This document shows, one piece after another, positions 1 to 8,422 of a stretch of 33,363 nucleotides of DNA (position 1 is the first letter of the stretch; every line of letters starts with the position of its first letter). A model generated the notes under the pieces. That model saw nothing but the letters and a program-made list of their open reading frames with translations. It was not told the DNA's origin and ran no database searches. The stretch lies in sequence record SRR31147125_4898; one strand, 5' to 3'. The position numbers were made by a program, and so were the translations under genes.

Positions 1-204
1 ATTCATAATATTAGATTAGGAATGATGGTTGTAAAAAACCAAGATAACTCCAATGAATACACAGCTATTCCAGTTTGGGATTTCTTTGGAAACTATGAAA
101 TAGAAGGCAAACCATCAATGATGCAAACTAAATATGTTTATGAATCCTATTTAACGATAAATGCAGTTGATGGATCCATAATAAATAGATATTTGGGTTA
201 CTAG
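1..204 (+). CDS. C-terminal part of DUF6034-like secreted protein (5' truncated by window edge)
   Basis: Frame open from base 1; contains IPVWDFF...YLTINAVDGSIINRYLGY, the signature shared with downstream paralogues. Confidence 0.75.
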   Translation: MHNIRLGMMVVKNQDNSNEYTAIPVWDFFGNYEIEGKPSMMQTKYVYESYLTINAVDGSIINRYLGY

Positions 205-356
205 TTTAGTATGAACATTAAAATTTTCTTGGAACAAAGTCTTTAAGTTTAATACTAAGACAAGCCATCATCAAGCAGATAGTGACGAATTATAAGATAC
301 TGTTTGTAAGATGAATGGTGGTTATTTAGAAGCCATTAGATAAATAGGAGGTTTTT

Positions 357-1790
357 ATGAACTGCGAAAAATATATAGCTTTGTTAACAGCACTAGTCAT
401 ACTGTGTACATTTAGTGCCTGTCAGCAAACACCAGAGAAAGAAGCTGTTATTCAAAGAGACAATACGGAAAAAGTAGTATTAGAATCATCTGAACAGGAA
501 GAATCCAATAAAGTTACAGAAGAGATAAGAAAGATACCTGAGACCATCCAGAGTAGATTTGAAGTTGTTGAAGATTATATGGATATTGTAATCAATGCAC
601 CAATCAACTTTCCATATATCGATAATATATCTGTTGTAAAAGTAAAGCCTATAACCTTTAGTATAAATCAGGCAGAAATAATTAAAGAATACTTTGCTAA
701 GGATGGAGAGTTACAAGAGCATATAGAATTAACACAATCTGAGTATGACGATATGATTATCGAAGCAAAAAGAGGTCAACTAATAGATGGTGTATACGTG
801 GTTAATGAAAGTAGTGAGGCTTGGGTCGAAGAATTAATTAAGCGTCGAGATGAAGCACCTGACGCTAGAAACCCGCAGCCGATATCTGAGTATTCCATTG
901 AAGATGGAATACATGCTAATATAACTATAAATGGCAAAAAACTTGGATCCGTTCATTTTTCAGAAAACATAATCTCATTTAGTGCTGGTTTAAAAACAGC
1001 AAGCAAATCTATGCCCATAATTGTACACCGCGCAGGAGAGAGGCCAGTTGCTGAATATCTTCCTGATGTCCAAATCGATATGTTTGAAGCTGAAGCCATA
1101 AATATAGGGAAAAAAATACTAGATGACTTAGATATACAAGGCATGAATATTAAGGAAATTGAAGAAGTAGTTTTTTTTGAGGATAATGTTGAAGATGCTA
1201 CAAGTGGCGGTTATAAAATGGTGTTTATGCGTGAATCCTCTGGTATTATGCCAGTCTATATGACAGGCTATGGTAGAAATACTCAAGAACCTTTAATGGA
1301 ATATACTCAACCAGCTGAAATGGAAAGTCTTATTATCACCATAAATGATAGTGGCGAAGTCACATTTTTCTCTTGGAGAAATCCCATAGAAATCGTTGAG
1401 GTTCTTTCTAATGATGTACCAATCATTTCTTTTGATGAGATATTAACAAGATTAGAGGATTTCTCTAAGTATCAATGGTCCTACTTGGATGATATGGTAA
1501 AAAGCGAAAGCTATAAGTCTGTAAAATACATTTACGATATTAACCTAAATCTTTCTTATCTACCCATTAAAAATAATCCAACCGAATTTATGTATGTACC
1601 GTGCTGGGTTTTTACTTATAAGCCAGATCAATTTGATACAATGGATTTAGAAAGAATGGATACAGAGGGTATTTATCCTGATTTAAGCGAAGTAAGTCTT
1701 GCGTATAGTGATGAATATATTATATTCAGTGCCATTGATGGTGCTAGTGTTTCTGCTTATCCTGCGAAAATTTTAGAACCTATAAAGTAA
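357..1790 (+). CDS. DUF6034-like lipoprotein (477 aa)
   Basis: AGGAGG RBS; signal peptide with lipobox FSAC (Cys22); FSWRNP, VPCWVF and IFSAIDG motifs. Confidence 0.75.
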   Translation: MNCEKYIALLTALVILCTFSACQQTPEKEAVIQRDNTEKVVLESSEQEESNKVTEEIRKIPETIQSRFEVVEDYMDIVINAPINFPYIDNISVVKVKPITFSINQAEIIKEYFAKDGELQEHIELTQSEYDDMIIEAKRGQLIDGVYVVNESSEAWVEELIKRRDEAPDARNPQPISEYSIEDGIHANITINGKKLGSVHFSENIISFSAGLKTASKSMPIIVHRAGERPVAEYLPDVQIDMFEAEAINIGKKILDDLDIQGMNIKEIEEVVFFEDNVEDATSGGYKMVFMRESSGIMPVYMTGYGRNTQEPLMEYTQPAEMESLIITINDSGEVTFFSWRNPIEIVEVLSNDVPIISFDEILTRLEDFSKYQWSYLDDMVKSESYKSVKYIYDINLNLSYLPIKNNPTEFMYVPCWVFTYKPDQFDTMDLERMDTEGIYPDLSEVSLAYSDEYIIFSAIDGASVSAYPAKILEPIK

Positions 1791-1832
1791 ATCTATGCCC
1801 ATAAAAGATCAACTATTGCATTAGAGGTGCGA

Positions 1833-1916
1833 ATGAAAGAATTAACAGAAAACAACTGCAAGATTATTGCTAGAAATTTAATAAAAGTATATAAAATAAA
1901 TAAGGCAAGACTATAG
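1833..1916 (+). CDS. Possible 27-aa basic peptide MKELTENNCKIIARNLIKVYKINKARL
   Basis: GAGGTG at 1824-1829 upstream of ATG 1833; TAG 1914-1916; no recognisable family. Confidence 0.25.
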   Translation: MKELTENNCKIIARNLIKVYKINKARL

Positions 1917-1917
1917 C

Positions 1918-2014
1918 CTCTCTCTAATGTAGATATAAATTCAGGGTTGTTAGCGATTATGTTTAGCAGATGATATTAGACCCTTGAGTTAATATATATA
2001 ATCTAAAGAGAAAG
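1918..2014. repeat. Degenerate ~30-bp inverted repeat
   Basis: Left arm CTCTCTCTAATGTAGATATAAATTCAGGGT versus reverse complement of right arm CTTTCTCTTTAGATTATATATATTAACTCAAGGGT. Confidence 0.35.
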
Positions 2015-2182
2015 TGATATGTATGAGATTTTACAAAAGTTTTAGCAAAATCAATAGTTGGAAGTCCATCGCAGAAATGTAATGCTGGCATAAAATGATT
2101 TAATAAGCGCTTATTCAATGGATAGGATATGAAAAGTACTAAATGTTAAAGGAATATAATTTTTTTGGAAGAAGGAGAGAAA

Positions 2183-3703
2183 ATGAAAAAGCAAAGTAGC
2201 TATATTACTGTATTATTATGCATGATTTTTTTTACTACTGCTTGTATGCCAAGTGAACAAAGGGAGCCAGTTGTTAAAAATGCAATTCAAATGACCGCTG
2301 AAGAAAAGCCATCTACAAAAGAAGAACAGACTAAGGAAGTTGAAGAGGTTTTATCTACTCCTATAAAGCAGATTGTGGATGCACCTGATTCCATTGATAA
2401 AAAGTTCAATGTGTTTGATGAGAAATTAAAAGTAACTATAAAAAGTGATATCGAAATACCTGATGTAAGCGTGACGCCTATTTTTAATGTAACGCCAGCA
2501 GATTTTACACAGGAAACGGTTGATGGACTTATCAATGTGCTATTTGAGGGGAAAAAAATTCTGGAGATAAATGAAACCCCTATAGACAAAAGCGATATAA
2601 AGCAGCAAATGGACACAATAAAGAGGCTCATGAGCAAGGAAGTAGAAGGTTATGAGGAAGAGTCAAAAGACGAAAACGAACAGTGGTTGGAAAGATTAGA
2701 ATTATTATACGAATCTGCGCCTGATGAAGAAGAAATAGAATTTGTTGAGTCTGATGGGAAATTAAAACTAAAAACTGATAAATGGATACCAAGAGAGGAG
2801 ACTGATATATGGGGGAGTTATTGCCTTTTTGTGCGTACTCATGCCGATTATAATCAATCTCAGTCATTTTCCGTAATGAACAACGTAAACCAAGTAACGG
2901 CTGATTTATCTGAAACTAATAAAACATATAATAATTCATACCTTACTTATTATGATAATACGCAGGGTAATTCCTATGATGAAAGTGGTAATGGATATTA
3001 TAAAGCTTATGATGAAATGGAACTTGATAACGATGAATTAGCCGCAACATTAGCTTTTAAACCTAGTGATGCTGTTTCATATGTAGAAGAGTTCTTTGAA
3101 AGTGCTGGCAGAGGAGATATTAAAGTACATTCTATCTTTATAAAAGATAATGAGCAAAAAGGTAATGTTGATGATATTGTAGCTGATGCAACTGAATACT
3201 ATTATGAGATATTTATGCAAAGAGTTGTAAATGATATTCCATACACGAGTGATTTATCGGCTATTAAAATTGATAAAAAAATTATTTGGGAAAATGAACG
3301 GATTGTTGTAAAAGTAAATCAGAGTGGGATATTTAATATAGAGTGGCATAGTCCAATTGAAATTGGAGGAATCATTGTACAAGAAATTCCTTTAGTAAAA
3401 TATGAAGAAATTGAATCCAATATAGAAAAATACATTGAACAAACCTATGAAGGATATGTAGAAGGGCTTATAAATGATAGTGATATTGAGCCTTATATAA
3501 ATATTGACCAAGTAGCATTCGAATACTTAAGGATTCCTGTAAAAGGTATTGATGGGAAAGAGGCTGTTGCTATACCTGTATGGAACTTTTACGGAACAGC
3601 TGTCTTTGATCAATATGGGGTAGATAATCCTCAAGAACCAGAAGTGATACTTAGTATTAATGCAATGCATGGGAGTTTGATTACCAAAGAATCATCCTAT
3701 TAA
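2183..3703 (+). CDS. DUF6034-like lipoprotein
   Basis: Start moved from TTG 2165 to ATG 2183 behind AAGGAG; lipobox FTTAC (Cys21); IEWHSP, IPVWNFYG, ILSINAMHGS. Confidence 0.75.
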   Translation: MKKQSSYITVLLCMIFFTTACMPSEQREPVVKNAIQMTAEEKPSTKEEQTKEVEEVLSTPIKQIVDAPDSIDKKFNVFDEKLKVTIKSDIEIPDVSVTPIFNVTPADFTQETVDGLINVLFEGKKILEINETPIDKSDIKQQMDTIKRLMSKEVEGYEEESKDENEQWLERLELLYESAPDEEEIEFVESDGKLKLKTDKWIPREETDIWGSYCLFVRTHADYNQSQSFSVMNNVNQVTADLSETNKTYNNSYLTYYDNTQGNSYDESGNGYYKAYDEMELDNDELAATLAFKPSDAVSYVEEFFESAGRGDIKVHSIFIKDNEQKGNVDDIVADATEYYYEIFMQRVVNDIPYTSDLSAIKIDKKIIWENERIVVKVNQSGIFNIEWHSPIEIGGIIVQEIPLVKYEEIESNIEKYIEQTYEGYVEGLINDSDIEPYINIDQVAFEYLRIPVKGIDGKEAVAIPVWNFYGTAVFDQYGVDNPQEPEVILSINAMHGSLITKESSY

Positions 3704-3730
3704 TATAAAATTATAAAATAATCTCTTCTT

Positions 3731-3756
3731 TAGCCAGCTTTGTTCTGGCTATTGTT
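3731..3756 (+). terminator. Putative intrinsic terminator
   Basis: TAGCCAG-N7-CTGGCTA stem followed by TTGTT, 27 nt after stop. Confidence 0.5.
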
Positions 3757-3763
3757 ATATCCA

Positions 3764-3865
3764 AATTGTAAACAAATGGATTTTATGTTGACATTAAGGT
3801 AGGGTTGTTATACCATAAATACGGTAGTTTTATACTACCAAACTATATAGTAGAAGGTATATACC
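3764..3865 (+). promoter_or_regulatory. SigA-type promoter of blaI-like gene 1 with repeated operator boxes
   Basis: TTGACA 3788-3793, 17 nt, TACCAT 3811-3816; RGTAG-N7-MTACC boxes at 3798-3814, 3823-3839, 3849-3865. Confidence 0.65.
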
Positions 3866-4330
3866 ATGAATGAATATAAGTTAACAAATACAGAAAGAAT
3901 CATAATGGAAGTTTTATGGAGACATGAAGAAGAGATTAAAAAGCAAACATGCGGAATGAAGGATTTGCCTAACGCGAAAACAAGTGCGCAACAAGAGGTG
4001 AAGGCCGAGCCTGAAGGGATGTCTAATGCTGAGATTCATAATATTATTGGCGAAAAAAACGAATGGTCAAGGCATATGGTAAAGACATATACCAAAGCTT
4101 TAGCTGATAAGGGCTTTTTGGGTGTTAATCAGATATCGGAGAGAAAGATTAAATTTTATCCTATCATAACTAAGGATGAATTTTTAGCGAATGAAGCTAA
4201 TGGTTTTTTACGTAAAAACTATAAAGGTTTATCGGGTATGATTGCTGGGCTAATCGATAATGAAAAGGTTAGCAAAGATGAAATTGGTGAGCTTGAAAAA
4301 CTGATTGCTGACTATAAGGAGAATGAATAA
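3866..4330 (+). CDS. BlaI/MecI/CopY family repressor (with ~30-aa insertion)
   Basis: LTNTERIIMEVLW, WSRHMVKTY, L..KGFL wHTH motifs; stop overlaps M56 start (TAATG). Confidence 0.9.
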   Translation: MNEYKLTNTERIIMEVLWRHEEEIKKQTCGMKDLPNAKTSAQQEVKAEPEGMSNAEIHNIIGEKNEWSRHMVKTYTKALADKGFLGVNQISERKIKFYPIITKDEFLANEANGFLRKNYKGLSGMIAGLIDNEKVSKDEIGELEKLIADYKENE

Positions 4331-6812
4331 TGGTATCCATATTTAAAGTCATGATAGAAGTAGCTTTACTGTCTTCAATTATGATTGTATCAATACTTAT
4401 GTTAAGGTTGATTTTTCAAGACAAGCTTTCTATAAAGATAACAATGCTCCTTTGGCTACTTGTAATGATAAGATTAATCTTGCCATTTACCATTCAGTCC
4501 CCAGTGCAGATTATAGGACTTTTTCCGCACAATACAAATACTGAGGTTGAGACATTAGAATCTGATATAGCAAAAGATGAAATAGAAACAACTGATACAG
4601 ACAATATTGCTATAAATCAAACACAAGAGGATTCTACAGCAACAGATGTACAGCAAAAACCAGTGCAAATGGAAACAGTTGAAACATCAATAGATGCAAA
4701 AGTGCAAGAAAAAAGCAACTTGTTTGGTGGACTAAGCCTTATAGAAATACTCTGTTACATATGGCTGGTTGGTGTTTTTGTCTCGTTGGTTATCAATATC
4801 GTATGGATTATAATTTTTAATAACAAAGTGAAAGAATCCGCTTTTTTAAGCGATAAGTTGATTGCCCAGAAGATATACAACGATTGCTATAAGCTTAACA
4901 TTGGTAAAAATGTATCTGTCTATGAATGCGACTATATCGATTCGCCAATTACGTGTGGCGTAATTAGACCAAAAATTCTGTTGCCTGCTGATTTGATTAC
5001 CAATGTTGGTAAACAAAAAGCGGAGCTTATAATCTTTCATGAGCTAATTCATATCAAAAACTTTGATATATTGAAAAGTTATGTTTGGATGTTTGCTAAA
5101 GTTATCTATTGGTTTAATCCACTGATATATTTAGGGTATCATAAATATCTTGAAGATGTAGAGCTGAATTGCGATAATGCAGTTAAGCAAAACATTCAAA
5201 ACAGGAGATTTTACATTACTCTCAAGGTCTTTTAGATGTTCTAAAGTTATCCCAAGGTGAAATTAAACTTCCTACAGCGATGCCTTTCTGTAAAACTAAA
5301 ATCAGAAAGAGAGTGGAAACTATGCTTAAACCAGAAAAGAAATGGAAAGTGGCAACGGTAGTTTCGTATGCTGTTATTGCTATATTAATAGTTGGTTGTT
5401 TTACAACTGCATGTATGAAAAAGGAGTCTGAAATAGAAACAGATGATATTATTGTAGAACCTAAAATAAAGCAAGCTGAAACGGTAGAAAGCAAAACAGA
5501 AGTTGATAGTGAAAAAATTCAACAGAATAGTACAACGAACAGTGAATTTGTTAATGTATTTGATTATTGGACTAATGATGAAGAAACAGTTACAGTGGAA
5601 ATAGATGCGGAAGTAGAGATGCCAGTACCAAAAACAATGCCTGTTGCACAAATTGAACAGTTTAAAATATCCCCAGAGCTTGCAGAACATATTGCAAAAA
5701 CTTTTTTTGGTGATGTTCCTATGATTGATGGAACTATATATACAAAATCGATGTACGAGCAGGCACTTGCGAATATTGAGGAATCAGCAACTGATATGAA
5801 TTCTGATATGGCAACTGCAAGTGGAGCGAAGAATCTTGAAGAGCTTAGAAAAGTTGCTGATATTCAGATCGAAAAAGTAAAGAAAGCCATGAAAGATGCA
5901 CCCGAAACGGCAAGTGAAGTTGATTTTGAAGATATTGATAGTTCGATGGGGCTGATATCAAATGTTGATATAGGGAAAGAGTATACAGGTACAATCTATG
6001 CTGAAAATAACAGCACTAGTCCGCAAAGAGGAATAAGGTGCTTTGCTTTTGGCAGTGGATTTAAAATTTCTAGAAAACTTGATTATAGTGCGATTACGCC
6101 GGCCGATATGAATAACCTTAACAAAGATGCAGAAAAAGGAAAAGAATTAGCCGAGAAGCTAGTTTCGGATATGGGAATTGACGGTGTGAAACTTGGGAGG
6201 ATATATTTATCAGATGATTATACAGGATTAATGTCTGAAGATAACACAGACCAAGAGCTACAAGGAATTAGTAGCGATAGGAGATTTTATGTTTATGTCT
6301 TTGAAAGAGAAGTTAACGGCAAATTGATAGACTTTTCACTTGTTCAAGGAGATTATAAAAATCCATATGAGAGAATAGAGGTTTGGGTAGAGGACAGTGA
6401 TAAGATAAGACAATTTTCATGGATATCACCTAAAGAAGTTGTAGATGTAATTTCCGAAAGTGCTGAAATAAAAATCGATTATCTTCAAGCTGTAGAGCTG
6501 ATGAAAGAAGCGTCGATTAACAAGTTTGTAGATAAATATGGGTTTTATGACCATTTCAATGTTTATGTAGATAATATCCAGTTTGAATACTTAGGTGTGA
6601 ATATAGATGACCAGTGGGTTTCTACACCTGTTTGGGTATTTTACGGCGAAGCTTTTGGAAGGATTACAGAAAAAGTATTAGAAGATCCTGGTAACAGTGA
6701 TAAAGAAGTAGGTGATTATTCGAGGCAAACAGTAGGTTTTACAAGGGCAAACATAATGATGTGTATAAACGCACTTGATGGCAGTGTAATTGAATTAGAG
6801 CCAAGAAGCTGA
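4330..6812 (+). pseudogene. BlaR1-like M56 metalloprotease fused to DUF6034-like extracellular domain; frameshifted near 5190-5201 as sequenced
   Basis: HELIH zinc motif, RPKILLP, WFNP; the -1 frame continues QEILHYSQGLLDVLKL...RKRVETM, matching YSQSLIDAIKL...RKRVENM of the intact paralogue; one added base gives ~827 aa. May be a sequencing error rather than a true pseudogene. Confidence 0.8.
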
Positions 6813-6846
6813 GGTGTCATTGATGATGGTTTTTTAGTTAAACTAA

Positions 6847-6927
6847 GGTATAATGACCAGATTTTTTATGGTGTTTAATGTGAAAGATGGTAGTATAATA
6901 AAATCGTATATTGAGAACAAAGGATAG
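6847..6927 (+). pseudogene. Relic C-terminus of a further DUF6034-like paralogue
   Basis: Translates GIMTRFFMVFNVKDGSIIKSYIENKG*, resembling the family's terminal INAxDGSII motif. Confidence 0.4.
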
Positions 6928-6987
6928 AATTATAGGCGGTTAGCAGCAGTAGCTTTAAAGAAGTTATTGTACGGAGGTAAAGATATA

Positions 6988-7922
6988 ATGGAAAGAAAAA
7001 TTAAAACGATTATAATTATTTTTATGCTAGTATTTATTACAGGGTGCAAAGCAAATGAGTCTGAAATAGAAGCAGTAAATATTATTGAAAGCACCCCGAC
7101 GCCAACAGCAGTATCAGAAAGCGAAGAAAAAATTATTGAAGATAATGTAGTGAAACATATTTCTTCGCCTGATGAAGAAACAGAAGAATCAGAAAAATCA
7201 GATGAAGAAATCATTATTGGCACAACTAAGGGCGAAACGAGGCTTGTTAGCCAAAAAGTGATGTATATTCCTGGTGCTGAATTTGACACAATAAGATATT
7301 TAGACGAAGGTGAAGAGTTACTACTTATTGAAGCTGGATGTGAGTGGCACAAGGTTAAAGCTGGTGATGATGAGGGTTATGTTTTGGCTAGGGACGTAAA
7401 TGGGATTGAGCTTGCTGATTCTCCTTATTATATCTATATAGAAAAAGGCTCGCATACGATAAATGTATATAAAAAAGATGGTAACGATGAATATACTAAT
7501 CTTGTTAAAACATTTGTAACAGCGACTGGAGAAACAGCAGGAAAGACACCAACAGGAGTATTTTTTATATATCGTAAAAGAGAGTGGAAGCAGTTTGATA
7601 GCGGTGGAGAAAAAGAGAATACTCATATTCGCCATTTGTTTCGCAGTTTACAAGGGGGATATATATACATGGATCAGTTTATGAATCTGAGGATTTTGAT
7701 AAGATGTTTGGAAACACCTATAGAGAAATTGGAACGGATTCTACTGCTGGGTGTTTAAGAACAAACGCTGGCTCTGCTTATTGGATATATTCGAACTGTC
7801 CGCTTGGAACAATGGTTGAAATAGTAAATGGGAGTCCAAGAGGAATTGAAACGCCTAAACTTGAACCTCCAATAAAAAAAGGAGGAAGGTTTTACGATCC
7901 GACGACTCCGCTTTTAGATTAG
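6988..7922 (+). pseudogene. Lipoprotein with SH3b domain and YkuD-type L,D-transpeptidase; frameshifted near 7610-7615 as sequenced
   Basis: GGAGGT RBS, ATG 6988, lipobox ITGC; WHKV...EGYV (SH3b); TPTGVF; the -1 frame gives IYIHGS...STAGCLR catalytic motif continuous with ORF 7704-7922; ~311 aa if one A is restored. Confidence 0.8.
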
Positions 7923-7934
7923 AAAATACAAGCG

Positions 7935-8013
7935 AATTGTAAACAAATATAGAAACAGTTGACAATTAGGGTGGTGTGGTATACTCTTTACACGGGTATG
8001 AAACACCACCCTA
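7935..8013 (+). promoter_or_regulatory. SigA-type promoter of blaI-like gene 2 with paired operator boxes
   Basis: TTGACA 7959-7964, 17 nt, TACTCT 7982-7987; GGGTR-N8-YACYC boxes at 7969-7986 and 7994-8011; perfect 11-bp inverted repeat 7967-7977/8003-8013. Confidence 0.65.
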
Positions 8014-8046
8014 TTAGTTTGCAAACGCTAAGGAAAGGATCCTTTT

Positions 8047-8421
8047 ATGAACGAACAAAGATTAACAGGTGCAGAAAGAACGATTATGGAGGTTTTGTGG
8101 GAACATGGAGAGCGATCTAACACGCAAATAACCGTGATTTTAAATGATGAAACAGGCTGGTCTAGGCATACTGTAAAGTCTTATACAAACAGCTTGGTGT
8201 CGAAAGGTTTTTTAAGCGCAAATCAGCTAAGTCAGCGAAAGATATACTATATGCCAACAATGAGTAAAGATGAATATTTGGCTATGGTGACGGGTAAGCA
8301 CCTAAGAGAGAACTATCAGGGGCTTAATTTTATGGTAGCAGGGCTTATAAAAAATGAGCAGGTTTCGGATGACGAAATTGAAGCTTTAGAAAAAATGCTT
8401 TCGGAATATAAGGAGAAATAG
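8047..8421 (+). CDS. BlaI/MecI/CopY family repressor
   Basis: LTGAERTIMEVLW, WSRHTVKSY, LVSKGFL; 124 aa; directly upstream of M56 gene. Confidence 0.92.
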   Translation: MNEQRLTGAERTIMEVLWEHGERSNTQITVILNDETGWSRHTVKSYTNSLVSKGFLSANQLSQRKIYYMPTMSKDEYLAMVTGKHLRENYQGLNFMVAGLIKNEQVSDDEIEALEKMLSEYKEK

Positions 8422-8422
8422 C

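Noticed and set aside
7704-7922. Independent 72-aa gene
   Set aside because: It is the frameshifted C-terminus of the L,D-transpeptidase
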